A DNA stretch of 63,919 bases, filler included, from Licmophora abbreviata (lineage: Eukaryota): NCBI GenBank assembly GCA_900291995.1. It is 14 parts of 14 records of this genome, joined end to end, with 100 filler letters (N's around TTAATTAATTAA, not from the genome) between each part and the next. Parts side by side here need not be neighbours in the genome. Positions count along the whole stretch, not along the records: positions 18,656 to 25,639 come from OLMU01000361.1; positions 25,740 to 31,522 come from OLMU01000363.1; positions 31,623 to 33,802 come from OLMU01000364.1; 11 more parts are not named here. The stretch is one strand, 5' to 3'. A program made the translations under genes and the position numbers. The notes under the pieces are model-generated. The model ran no database searches and was not told where the DNA came from. It was given only the letters and a program-made list of their open reading frames with translations. Numbering within the stretch: the first letter of the stretch is position 1; each line of letters opens with the position of its first letter. Below are positions 21,161 to 31,730 of this stretch, in pieces.

Positions 21161-22448
21161 CTACAATGGCCAGGGTCCTTCGCCCGAAGAGGAGAGTCTA
21201 AACTTGGTTTCCTCGTCTAGGTGACAGTTATGAAGTCCCACCATATCGTCAAGATGGTCCAGGTTGTTGGAACCGAACACGACGGAAATAGTTTTGCCCA
21301 TGGACAGTGGGTACAGGGTTGCGATCTGAGACAGTTTGTATCCGAGTTTCTGAGCCAATTGTATGGCAACACGACGGCGGCGGTAGTTCGTATCATAGCA
21401 ATACGCCTTCTGCAGGCGTTGAAGGCGCCACTCGTCGGATCCAATCTCGACGGGTGCGTCAAAGGAGGAAGGGTCGACAGTGTCTTCACTCCACAAGTGC
21501 GGTTTCGCCATGAATCCTTTGGCAAGGACCTCCCAGCACAGGAGCTCAATGTTGTTTTCCTCGTACCATTCAATCTGCTTTTTATACTGTGGACCAGAGA
21601 TGGATTGGGTAGTAGGCCATACGTCGCATCGAGGGACCGCTAGACTGAACTGCGGAGAGTTTGCCGCCGGCGGTTCGAGGCCGTTCTCTGTGGCAAACTC
21701 GTAGGCTTCGCGGAATCTCGGAAAGCTCCAATTGGAAACCCCCCAGCGCTTTGTCTTTCCCGAAAGGACAAGTTCATTTGCCCAAAGGACGAACTGAGTA
21801 ACAGAAATACGAGGATCGTCACGATGGAACATGTACATGTCAACCGATTCCGTCCGAAGCGCATCCAAACTGGCCTTCACTTCCGCTTGGAGAGCCGCGC
21901 GGGTAAGTAGAGGACGGTTGGGGTTCCCATACTTGTCCTCCCCCATCCCGCCCTTGGTCGTAATGTCCACGGACTCGCGGTCAATGCCGCGATCTTCCAT
22001 CCATTCTCCAAAGATCCGTTCCGAAGCTCCCCCGCCGTAGGTGCGCGCGAGGTCGAAAACGCCGAAAGCCCTTCTCATAGGCCGCGTCCAGCAGCTCGAG
22101 AGGTTTGGCGGCCTTGACAATGGCGGCAGTCCCGAAGACAATGCGGGCGTGGTTGCTGCGACGAGCAGTATTTTTCTGTACTGATTGTGCCAGGGTGTTT
22201 ATTCGACGGACAGCTTCCGTTTCGTTGGCGATAGTCGCGGATGCTTCAGGGGTGTTGAGGACGAAGAGAGGAAATTGAAAGCGGCGAGGTCGCGGTGATA
22301 TGGGATCGTGTAGCAGTGATCCTTGGGGGCGGGTTTCCGGACTTTTTCTTCTTTCCATGACGAATCCAAGTACATTCTGGATACCTATGCACGCCACGAG
22401 CCAGAGAAGAGGCACGAAATATGCGTAAGAAGGGAAAATTCGGCTCAT
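21161..22448 (-). CDS. Aldo/keto reductase, probably plastid-targeted; frameshift at 22056-22059
   Basis: IVFGTAAI..LLDAAYEKGFRRF/DLARTYGGGASE, ITTKGG, SLDALRTESVDMYMFHRDD, WGVSNWS. Removing one T from the TTTT run fuses the two ORFs. Signal ...IQNVLG-F. Confidence 0.88.
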
Positions 22449-22812
22449 CGTTCCCATTGTCTTTTTCATCCCACAAAGAAGCACTGCAAAGTGGATGTGA
22501 GAACTCGCAAAATTGGAAAAGCCGTACTGTTTTGGAAAGACTAAAGGCGCGGCTAGCTCATAGAGTATACATTGATGTACATAATAATGTCAATTATGCT
22601 CTGCTGGCTTTCAGGTTGGAACTCGGAACGCGAAGCCTTTTTCAGTGTGTGTCAGAACGCTTTGACATCAAAAGTCGAAAGTCACGTCGACGTTTCGACG
22701 CGGCGGCGACAGCATTACTCATTTCTCTCGTGGTTTCCGACTCATCAGTTTCACGGTCGTTCTCGTGTGCTTTCTTTTGGTTAAGAGTGCATATACAATT
22801 TCTTAAAGCAAA

Positions 22813-23550
22813 ATGTCAAACTCCAGCAACACTGAGGTCGACAGTGGTCTTCAAAAGGCAGACGAGCTGTGGCGACACGCCGAATCGCAGGATCCTAGCG
22901 ACCACGCTCCCGTCTACAAAATCCTCAAGGAACTCGATTCCCAGCATCCTGAGAATGCCAACGTTAAGTGGAGACTCGCGAGGGCCTGCAAGGACATGTC
23001 GGAAACAACAAAAAGTGACGACACTATGACAAGCAAACAGTACGCCTACGAAGGCAAGGATGTGGCGACGCGTGCTGTAGAGCTCGATCCGACCGTCTGG
23101 GAGGCACAAATGTTCCTGGGGGCCTTGTTGGGAGTGTGTTCGAGATTTGAGATTCTGCACAAGCTCGGTTCTGCGCGGGAAATGAAGGATTGCTTCCAAA
23201 AGGCGTGCGATCTGGCAGGCGACTCCACCCCGGAACCCTATCACTCTCTAGGATCCGCCGAATTTGGTTTCGCGGATGTAGGACGGGCTGCTCGTTTGCT
23301 AGGGTTGAAGGGTACGTACAAGGCAGCATATGAATTGTTCATGAAGGCAGAGTCGCTCTGTCCGCACGAGTGTTATGAGAACCAGGGAGGGCATTACAAT
23401 AGGAACTGGCTCATGATTGTCAAGGCGTTGAAGGCGATGGGGCGAAAGGAGGAGGCGAAGGAGTGGCATACCAAGCTTTTGCAAGCAGATGTTATCACAC
23501 CAGATGATAGAGCGGCACTCGCTGAGGCCAAGGAGATGAAGATTAAATAG
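22813..23550 (+). CDS. Regulator of microtubule dynamics (RMDN/FAM82-like) TPR protein
   Basis: LQKADELW, NVKWRLARAC, RAVELDP, GTYKAAYELFMKAE, YNRNWLMIVK, ITPDD. Confidence 0.75.
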   Translation: MSNSSNTEVDSGLQKADELWRHAESQDPSDHAPVYKILKELDSQHPENANVKWRLARACKDMSETTKSDDTMTSKQYAYEGKDVATRAVELDPTVWEAQMFLGALLGVCSRFEILHKLGSAREMKDCFQKACDLAGDSTPEPYHSLGSAEFGFADVGRAARLLGLKGTYKAAYELFMKAESLCPHECYENQGGHYNRNWLMIVKALKAMGRKEEAKEWHTKLLQADVITPDDRAALAEAKEMKIK

Positions 23551-23934
23551 CAGTACGGCGGTGGGCCCGTTGTCGGTTCTGCGTACGACAGTAGCCGCCA
23601 AGATTAGGCAACCGTACCGCAGCAATTACAAGAATTATAGAGTATTCCAGTTCTCTGGACATCTACCCGTAGAATAACACGTCGAGCATGACATAGCTCG
23701 ACACAACCAACGGCACAATCGAACTTGAAACTGGCCCGGCAAGCATAAAACCGTGTTTGCGTATAAAACGCACTGATCGCGCGCGTCGCGATGAGATGCT
23801 GCAAACGAGGCGCCGCGGTGACACACCACTGCCATCGTCGACGCGCCTCTTTCCTGTTATCCGTCTCCCCTTTCTCCTCCTGCCCTCTTTCTTTTTTGTG
23901 CTTATCTATGATTGTCAGCTAGTACAGCGTCATA

Positions 23935-25623
23935 ATGACGATGAACAAGAAAAACGGTGACTACATTCGGATTTTCTGTATCTTCGTCCTTATCGTCGTA
24001 GCCACCGTGTTGAGGCTGGGCGTACAAGCATCCGTAGCAGGAGAGCCGCGTCAGAGCAATAACGACGAGTGCGTGGTATGGCAAGACTACAATGAAACGT
24101 CTTCGAAAGCAGCCTTCATTCCGTTGAATAATGATTTGGTTCGAACGGAAGACCATGTGGCTTGTCGTGTCCTCTTGTATCAATCGGGCTTGGAGGGCCC
24201 TTCCTATTACGAGTTCGGGGTGATGCATCTATCTACTCGTACTTCGATCAAAGAAGGGGAGGACGGCCTTTCGTCGCGTTGCATTCTTCACAATGATCCT
24301 TGTTCTTCTAGGAATTACCCGCAACAAGATATTCAGATTGCGGTGAAGAATGAGGCGGCGTGTACTCACTTTTGGGCTCCATTGGCCTTTGACGTGGATC
24401 CTCTCGGTCCCAACATTGTCGTTGTTGGGAAGGCGTCCGCATTGGAAGACTCCACCAACCTCGTGGATATTGCCATTTGTCGCTACAGAGAAGAAAATGG
24501 GCCTGAACGCATTGGTCGTATGGTGATGGAAGGAAGGCTGTTTGGGCACTGTGGCTACCTGGTATCGGATGACGCCGACAAAATTAAGGAAGTCTTTGTC
24601 GGTGGCAACTTTCATGTCTTGAGTGCTGTACCTACCGAAACGGATCATGCTGAATACAATGACGACGAAGAGAATGACGAGGCGCTGTTTCAAAGTCGCT
24701 TCATGGAGATCCAAGAACGCGTCAATCTGTATCTCTCTCGAGAGGACAGGGATCTCCTTTCGTCTATTTCGGGGCATTCAGTGGAAGAACTGGTGGAAGA
24801 TCTGAACAACACGAACCTTGTTGACATATATGTGTTGAATCGTATCCTTTCTATGGATCGATTCATACCTCATGATGTGTTGAATGTAAAGGGACTGAGT
24901 TTGCTCCGAGCCGTACTTGCGGAACGAATGACATTGGCACGAAGGAGACATCTCGGACTGGATCGCCATCCTGATACGGTTGCGTGGGAAAGAAACGGAG
25001 TTCTTTTAAAAGATTTTGACTACTATACCGACTTGGAACACGGACAAGAGTTCTCAGACCTCTTGCGCATGGTAGCTGCATCGACCTCTGCTCCCGCTGC
25101 GCAACACGACTTTCAGTGGGTCGAACGAAATGTGACCACTGTAGCCGGTGATCCACAGGTCGAACCACACATTGACACCTTCCACAGTGTTATCAAGATG
25201 TGGGTCTACGAAAGAGGTGTCGTTACCAACGCAACGGGGCCGCTACACTACATGCGGGGTTCGAATCGAAACACCAGGAGCAAACTTCAATGGATGTACA
25301 CTGTGTCCCTTCCTCCTGCTTCCGATGCCATCAAAGAACCTTCCTTACGGTTCCGAGGAGCCAATGACGGTAGTATAGAAATGACGGATATCCTTCGACC
25401 TGTCTTGCCGCTGGACTGTTACCAACGCACATTGGTAATTGCTGACACGAGCGGAATTCACCATCGCGGTAAGGCCGTTCCAGGGACGGTGCGAAAGACA
25501 ATACGAGTTTCGAATGGCAACGATGGTGGGCTTCCCAGACTCAATCCTTTTGATTGGGATGGCTTGAAAAGACCGCAAGAAACGAATGGGGCAGATGCGT
25601 GTGTAGATACGTCATTGGAATAG
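23935..25623 (+). CDS. Signal-anchored Fe(II)/2OG dioxygenase (PhyH-like) with N-terminal DM9-like repeats
   Basis: N-terminal hydrophobic helix IFCIFVLIVVATVL; HxD motif PHIDTFHSVIKMW, GPLHYMRGS, TLVIADTSGIHHRG..R. The DM9-like VVVG...AICRY...IGRM...C...NFHVL call is less certain. Confidence 0.7.
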   Translation: MTMNKKNGDYIRIFCIFVLIVVATVLRLGVQASVAGEPRQSNNDECVVWQDYNETSSKAAFIPLNNDLVRTEDHVACRVLLYQSGLEGPSYYEFGVMHLSTRTSIKEGEDGLSSRCILHNDPCSSRNYPQQDIQIAVKNEAACTHFWAPLAFDVDPLGPNIVVVGKASALEDSTNLVDIAICRYREENGPERIGRMVMEGRLFGHCGYLVSDDADKIKEVFVGGNFHVLSAVPTETDHAEYNDDEENDEALFQSRFMEIQERVNLYLSREDRDLLSSISGHSVEELVEDLNNTNLVDIYVLNRILSMDRFIPHDVLNVKGLSLLRAVLAERMTLARRRHLGLDRHPDTVAWERNGVLLKDFDYYTDLEHGQEFSDLLRMVAASTSAPAAQHDFQWVERNVTTVAGDPQVEPHIDTFHSVIKMWVYERGVVTNATGPLHYMRGSNRNTRSKLQWMYTVSLPPASDAIKEPSLRFRGANDGSIEMTDILRPVLPLDCYQRTLVIADTSGIHHRGKAVPGTVRKTIRVSNGNDGGLPRLNPFDWDGLKRPQETNGADACVDTSLE

Positions 25624-25639
25624 ATACGGCTCTTTCGTT

Positions 25640-25739
25640 NNNNNNNNNNNNNNNNNNNNNNNNNNNNNNNNNNNNNNNNNNNNTTAATTAATTAANNNNN
25701 NNNNNNNNNNNNNNNNNNNNNNNNNNNNNNNNNNNNNNN
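25640..25739. other. Artificial assembly spacer (no flank overlap seen)
   Basis: N44-TTAATTAATTAA-N44. Confidence 0.99.
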
Positions 25740-26293
25740 GGGCTTTACTAGTATCAAGTACTCGGAGTATTGAGTAGCCACCAGTAGCTAGTATGAAATG
25801 CAAACTCTCACCTAAGGTCTATCCATGGGAGTCGACAGAAAAACTTACCCAGCGGGAAACTCTCCATAGCTAGTAGCTGCTTCGCCTTATTGTACATTGA
25901 CTTTTCCTGCAGACACCGCGTTCAGCGGTCGCGGCATCCATAGCGTGTCGTGGCTTAGGCGGGGTATTGCCGTTCTCGTCCAGACGCGACTGACAGGTGT
26001 ATCACAGCGAGCAGTGAAAATCGGGCCGTGCGATGTACAGACGATATTGTCGTTTCAGTCGTTCTTCAATAAACATCCATACGTCCATGAGTTCGCATGC
26101 TGATGCTTCGCGACGCGTGACAGCTTGAAGTCTTTTTTGTTCTTTGCGTTGTGTTGTAATGAGAGAAGAATGAGACATCCCCCCATAAACCATCCACGAT
26201 GCTGTTCGGGCGCTGATGCTCATTCATCACTCTGAAAGTCTAGACTGTGATCATCTCTTACCTTAAGCTTACTCACTATACCGTAACAACGTC

Positions 26294-27475
26294 ATGTCAT
26301 CGCTGTGGCCGCTGGGAGTCGCCATCTATATCTCTGGAACGATCGGGGAGGCGCTCGGGGCCAATCTTCAACGAAAGTCGCTTACAACAGAAGAAGCTCT
26401 GTCACAAGAGGACTCGTCCTACGAACAACGAGGGAAGTTCAAGCAGAAACTTTGGGTCATTGGTTTCTTCCTGTTTATATTCGCCGGCATATTCATGTCA
26501 ATGGCACTCTTCTTTGCCAGTCAGACGGTCCTGGCGCCCTTACAGCTCTTCCTCTTTGTCTCCAACGCAATCTTTGCAAATCTGATAAACAAGGAAAAGT
26601 TCGTCTGGCTCGGATGGGACGGACTGGCCTTGTCCTTGGTCATTGTGGGTGTGACCATGTCCATTGTGAGCGCACCCAAGCACACGGAAAGCTACACGAG
26701 CGACGAAATGCTGTGGCTTATGCAACAGCCCGGTTTCATTGCCTTTTGCTGCGTTGCGGGCTTCTTCATCATTCTCATGTGGTTTGCCAAGCGACGGATT
26801 CTCGCGCTCTGTAACCACGACCCCCGTACCATTCAGCGCCGCTGGGTCCGTACTGTGCTCAATATGAGCTACGGTGCCATCGCGGGTGCTTTCGGGGGAG
26901 TCAACGTCACCTTGACCAAGTCGGTCTTCTCCCTCATTGTTGGACAGTACAACGACAACGGCATCGTGGGAGTGCTCTCATCCCCTGTTCTATGGGTTAC
27001 CTCTATGACACTCATCGGTACCTGGTTCCTGCAGATTATCGTGACTGTCTCGGGCCTCGAAATGACATCCGCCATTGTCGTAATCTCAGCGCATTCCGTC
27101 ACGGAGGAAGTCACCGCGACTTCTGGTGGCATACTCTACTTTCAGGACTATCTCAAGTTTGAGAGCTGGGCCTGGGCTGTCTTTATCATTGGAAACTTGA
27201 TTGCCATCGTCAGTGTCATTGGTCTGTCTCATCTTCGATTGCGAGACGCGGAAGTCAAGGAGGGAATACACGAGCACCATAGCGTTCATGACGATGATGG
27301 TATTCGAAAGCGATCTACTTCCGACGGCTTCCTTGTTGACCCTACATACAACAGTTTGTTTCTTCGACGCAAGAGAGCGTCCATGCCGGAAGTTGAGGCA
27401 TTGCAGCTGATTGAAGAGGACCCTGAACTCGGTGAAACGAAGACTGGACACCGGAGAAGAACTTTTACTTGGTGA
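26294..27475 (+). CDS. NIPA-like (DMT superfamily) transporter, putative Mg2+ transporter
   Basis: ALGANLQRKS, LWVIGF, ALFFASQTVLAPL, GGILYFQDY; about 9 TM segments. Confidence 0.82.
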   Translation: MSSLWPLGVAIYISGTIGEALGANLQRKSLTTEEALSQEDSSYEQRGKFKQKLWVIGFFLFIFAGIFMSMALFFASQTVLAPLQLFLFVSNAIFANLINKEKFVWLGWDGLALSLVIVGVTMSIVSAPKHTESYTSDEMLWLMQQPGFIAFCCVAGFFIILMWFAKRRILALCNHDPRTIQRRWVRTVLNMSYGAIAGAFGGVNVTLTKSVFSLIVGQYNDNGIVGVLSSPVLWVTSMTLIGTWFLQIIVTVSGLEMTSAIVVISAHSVTEEVTATSGGILYFQDYLKFESWAWAVFIIGNLIAIVSVIGLSHLRLRDAEVKEGIHEHHSVHDDDGIRKRSTSDGFLVDPTYNSLFLRRKRASMPEVEALQLIEEDPELGETKTGHRRRTFTW

Positions 27476-27597
27476 CTAATAGTGTCTATCACACCAGAAC
27501 TATACACCCTCTTGCTGCTTTCTTCTACAAGTCTTTGCGTAGGTTGTGCGTGCGGTCTAGTTACGGACTGGTGCCGCGTCGAGATTACGTCCGAAAC

Positions 27598-29382
27598 TCA
27601 TGCTGTTGCCGTCTTCAACGGAGCGTCCACGCGATGTATGTCTCCACCTGGGCAGGGAATGCCCAAGTCGTACTCTTTACTGTAGGCGCACTTGGCAATG
27701 TGATGATACTCGGCAATGACGACTGTGCGCTCTCGATCTCCCTGCACGGTGCCCTTGTGGATGGTGTGAGTGTCAAAGAGAAAGCCGCCACCGCGCCTGC
27801 CACACCCTCGTAGTATTTCGTAGTTCTTCTCCACGTAGTCGTCGGAAAATCTTGAGACGGGATAGTCTTCCGACTTGTAATAGAGAAGGTTCTGAGACCC
27901 TGCAGCTACCTTTGTGGGATGTCCCATTTCGCAGTCAACGTCATTGAGAAACATGAACAGCTTGAGACGACGTCCAACTCGATCATGGTGATACATTCCA
28001 GCATTGTACTGATCAGTCGATTTTAGCCCGTTGGTTAGACGAGTCACTTTGTAGCCGTGAAGGATGGAAGGTCCCAGGTATGCGTTGATAACGGATGCCA
28101 ACGTTCCGTTGCGGACAAGAAGATCTTCGACTTTTGGTATGGGTCTCCTCGACGTAATGATGGAGCCTCCTCCAGCAATGCTCGTTTCATTTTTACGGTG
28201 GACGGAATCACCAGTCAGTGCCGCCTCTGCTAGCTTTACGATTTCATCAGTATCGGCACCAAAGTCATCAATGACCACGATTCCATTTCGCTGGAGTGCA
28301 TCAAACATGTTTTGCGCGGATGGATCCAGTATTGATCCCTCACCGGTGGCTGCTGGTTGTGAGTAGAAGCGATACGGCGAATCCAGAAACCAATGGATGG
28401 CGTTGTGTTGGTTCGCGGAAAGGTACAAATCCTTAGCTGCCTCAAGAAGCCTTGATTCTTTCATGACAGACCTGACTTGATCTAGTGTCATGGGCGAAGG
28501 GAAAAACTCGGAGAAATCTATCCCAAACGCGTTCCATCGAATCTTTGGAAGGGCCTCGTGGATGAGTTCCAGAGTAGGAGAGTCAGATTGTATTATCGAG
28601 CTGTTGAAGTCGGCCTTGATTTGTTCATAGAGACTGGAGACAAAATCAGGAAACATGTAAGCTTCTTCGATCATCGAGAGGTCATGGAAAGGGATAGGTA
28701 TGTCTTGGCATGAAGGTCCTCCCATCAGACCTTCTCTCGCCTCAGTGTCCACAATCTCTTCATCCGAACGAAGGCGTTGCCTCTCCAGTCTCTGTTTGTC
28801 GGACCCGTACCAGGAAGCCATGTCCTCCATATAACTCTGGACTTCCCCATCAATCGAAGCAGGGTATGTCGACATGGCAGTATTGGAGGTTGCTGTCGAG
28901 CATGCTGCACCCACCGCTTCGTGAACGGTGCAAGCAGAGGAGTCGAGCTCAAGCTGACAATCGCGCAGGGTTCGTTCGTCACCTCGACACTGTACGACAT
29001 AGATTCCAGGATCTACAACCCCGGAATCAACCGTTTCGCCAAAGGCCATGGCGGATGCCATGTCAGCCATAAAGGCCGATCGGTATCCCAGTTGTCGGCA
29101 GGCAACGTTGGCAGTCGTCAGGGACCAGTGTTGTGATGAGCTGCACACGTACCGCCAGGTTGATTCGTGGCACAATTCCACTCTGCCAGCATCTCCTCCA
29201 CTCCCAAAGAATCGAATGTCGTCCAGCTCCATACTACATGGAGAAGACTGGGTCATCGGAACCAACATTGAGAGAACCATCAGAAGAATACAAGAAGCGG
29301 TAGTTGATGTGCGGAGTCCCGAGCGGCACGGAAGAATCCACCCGCCGGACGGACGACCCCTCGAATGCAACAGATTTCTCAT
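27598..29382 (-). CDS. Secreted/anchored SRCR-domain Fe(II)/2OG dioxygenase (PhyH-like)
   Basis: Hydrophobic leader CILLMVLSMLVPM; SRCR GRVELCHESTWRYVC...W....ANVACRQLGY..QCRGDERTLRDC..C...AVGAACS; PhyH YHHDRVGRRLKLFMFLNDV..GS..FLFDTHTIHKG..R. Start chosen at MRNLL; the ORF is open to 29625. Confidence 0.82.
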   Translation of the reverse strand: MRNLLHSRGRPSGGWILPCRSGLRTSTTASCILLMVLSMLVPMTQSSPCSMELDDIRFFGSGGDAGRVELCHESTWRYVCSSSQHWSLTTANVACRQLGYRSAFMADMASAMAFGETVDSGVVDPGIYVVQCRGDERTLRDCQLELDSSACTVHEAVGAACSTATSNTAMSTYPASIDGEVQSYMEDMASWYGSDKQRLERQRLRSDEEIVDTEAREGLMGGPSCQDIPIPFHDLSMIEEAYMFPDFVSSLYEQIKADFNSSIIQSDSPTLELIHEALPKIRWNAFGIDFSEFFPSPMTLDQVRSVMKESRLLEAAKDLYLSANQHNAIHWFLDSPYRFYSQPAATGEGSILDPSAQNMFDALQRNGIVVIDDFGADTDEIVKLAEAALTGDSVHRKNETSIAGGGSIITSRRPIPKVEDLLVRNGTLASVINAYLGPSILHGYKVTRLTNGLKSTDQYNAGMYHHDRVGRRLKLFMFLNDVDCEMGHPTKVAAGSQNLLYYKSEDYPVSRFSDDYVEKNYEILRGCGRRGGGFLFDTHTIHKGTVQGDRERTVVIAEYHHIAKCAYSKEYDLGIPCPGGDIHRVDAPLKTATA

Positions 29383-29733
29383 TGTGGACTCGATCAAACT
29401 GAAATCTCCCACTGCGAGTAAGGATATGGTGGGCGTTGGACTTGCTTGCTTGGGACAGGCAAAAGGGCTGAGACTAGAATGATTGATGGCGGAGGTTGTT
29501 GTGTTCTCGTGTCGCCGTGCAGGTTGCAACGATGACGAGCTCCCATGGCTGATAAACCTCAACATCCAACTACAAGATGGAGCACCAGTGTCATCTTCGG
29601 CATCTTGCCACATTTGTTGATTCAAAATTGGATTCGGTTTTAGTAGTTTACACCGCTGGTACTTTGTAAATTAGCAAATGACAATAGCACAGTACCAGGT
29701 ACCTCCCCTCAGGTCGTGGTATATTCAATATGT

Positions 29734-31005
29734 TCAGTTCTCGACTCTGAGGTAAGGCCTGCTGTAGCTAGCCTGCATGCGTTCCGCCTCACTGGGCCAG
29801 TCCATGATCTCTCGCAGCCTCGGTTCGAGAAAATCGGCCACTTTCTTCTGACCGAGCCTATTCTTATGGCCCTCACAACCAATATCGCCGTCTCCTGTTA
29901 CAACGGAGCCATCACATGGAATGAAGACATATTCGGCCCGGATGATATCGCCGTAGTTGGCACGAAAAGAGTCGGTCGCATCCTTCACATGCGGACAGGG
30001 CCTGCACCGGTCGTTATTCGGATCTCTTTCAACCTCGGTTGGGTCTCCCTGTCCACAGATGCTCACGATCGTCGGAGGCACCTCTTCATCCATGTACGGC
30101 TCTGCGATCTGGAGGAGGAATTCTTCATAGGCGGCGCTGAACGTCACATTGGACGGGACCGTCTTCTGATGATTAAAGTCGTTTCCGCCTAGTGATACGA
30201 CAAAGAGACTTGGACGCCACTCCTGGAAGTCCCATGCTGTATGCTCCTTGGTTTGAAGGGTTCGGCTGTAGTAGTTCGGCATAGTGTTTCCTCCCAACAA
30301 CATCTGCTTATCAGCATATGCGTTCTGCGTGAGGCCGATTCCTGCCATGGCCTGCACACTAAGCTCCGCATCCAGCCGTCTTCCAAGCTCACTGGGACCC
30401 GTCATGTCACAGTTATCGTATTTCCAGGGCCTGAGGGTGCCATCCCTCGTGTCGGGCGTGCCGTCCACACAGAAGCCTGCCGTGTCGCTCGCGCCGATGA
30501 AGGTAACACGTCGTGACGGCAGCGTTGGCGATTCGAGCGATGCCATGCTGTTATCGAGATCGACCCCGTGAAACTCGATTGGAGATGTGAGCAACTTCCC
30601 AAGACCGTTGCCATACGGAGCAGCTTGAGTCAACTTTGTCAGAGAGATAGAGTAGCTGCCGGCACTTTGGTTCTCGAGGGCGATCTCGAAATTCTTCTCA
30701 AAGTTGAGAGCATTGCCTTCGAGAATCGTTTCGCTCTCAACATGACCTGTGGAATCGACGACTGCAACCTTTACGCGCAGACGAGATAGATTCAACTTGA
30801 AGGTGACCGAGGTGGCGCCACCACCCGTAGTCGCGATGCCAAACTTGACTCCGCTGCATGGCCAATCAGCCCTGGCAACGCCTTTTTCTGGATCGACCTC
30901 CCACCGGCCTGAGTATGCAAAGTTCCTGTTGTCCGCAGAGTAGAATGCTCCACGGACAGCAGTTGCAAGGGCAACAAGAATGACGAACGTAGGTGAAAGA
31001 TTCAT
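29734..31005 (-). CDS. Secreted SGNH/GDSL esterase, carbohydrate esterase family 2-like
   Basis: Signal peptide; CE2 N-terminal FAYSGRW..ADWPCSG; block I FIGASDTAG, AMAGIGL, block III SLGGNDF, block V GCEGHKN. Confidence 0.8.
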   Translation of the reverse strand: MNLSPTFVILVALATAVRGAFYSADNRNFAYSGRWEVDPEKGVARADWPCSGVKFGIATTGGGATSVTFKLNLSRLRVKVAVVDSTGHVESETILEGNALNFEKNFEIALENQSAGSYSISLTKLTQAAPYGNGLGKLLTSPIEFHGVDLDNSMASLESPTLPSRRVTFIGASDTAGFCVDGTPDTRDGTLRPWKYDNCDMTGPSELGRRLDAELSVQAMAGIGLTQNAYADKQMLLGGNTMPNYYSRTLQTKEHTAWDFQEWRPSLFVVSLGGNDFNHQKTVPSNVTFSAAYEEFLLQIAEPYMDEEVPPTIVSICGQGDPTEVERDPNNDRCRPCPHVKDATDSFRANYGDIIRAEYVFIPCDGSVVTGDGDIGCEGHKNRLGQKKVADFLEPRLREIMDWPSEAERMQASYSRPYLRVEN

Positions 31006-31522
31006 CACGTTAGCATGGAAAGCAGCAATGCAATGATGCCGCGTATGTCTGGTTCACAAACTTCAAGCTTCAAACTTTGAACTTTTGCGATGCTTTGGCC
31101 ACAACGGAGTTTCGGTCGTGGCTGGCGAGGATACCGGCACATCACACACAAACCCTCACGTGCGTTTCACCTCAATAAGTTTTCTTGTCAACAACAGACG
31201 TTAATATCACACTTTAATGTGACATACAGACGTTGGGTAGTGCTAGAAAAGGCGACTCCGCGCGCTGGTCTACTGGGCGTGCATTGTGTACGTGGTCATG
31301 GTCACGTGGTCATTCTTGTGCTGTGGCGAGTTGCGTGTGTTTCGCGATGCGTGGTCATCTTTGGTCGTGATCTTGTGGTTATGAGTCTTTCCGAGTCGAG
31401 TCAATCATCTCAATGAATTAGTCGAATGAGTCAAATATTGATGGATGGCCGGCGCGCATCGGGTGCGATGAGAAGCCCGCTTTGTTCCGCGGTGATCGGT
31501 GGAAGACTTCGTGCACATGCAG

Positions 31523-31622
31523 NNNNNNNNNNNNNNNNNNNNNNNNNNNNNNNNNNNNNNNNNNNNTTAATTAATTAANNNNNNNNNNNNNNNNNNNNNN
31601 NNNNNNNNNNNNNNNNNNNNNN
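31523..31622. other. Artificial assembly spacer (no flank overlap seen)
   Basis: N44-TTAATTAATTAA-N44. Confidence 0.99.
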
Positions 31623-31730
31623 TTTCAAACTTTTCTGTGACACAATCATCTTTGACACGACGAAGTGTGACCAAAACAAAATTAACAACCTGCTAATTCC
31701 ACAGCGTGCATAGTCTGATAGAGACAAGAG

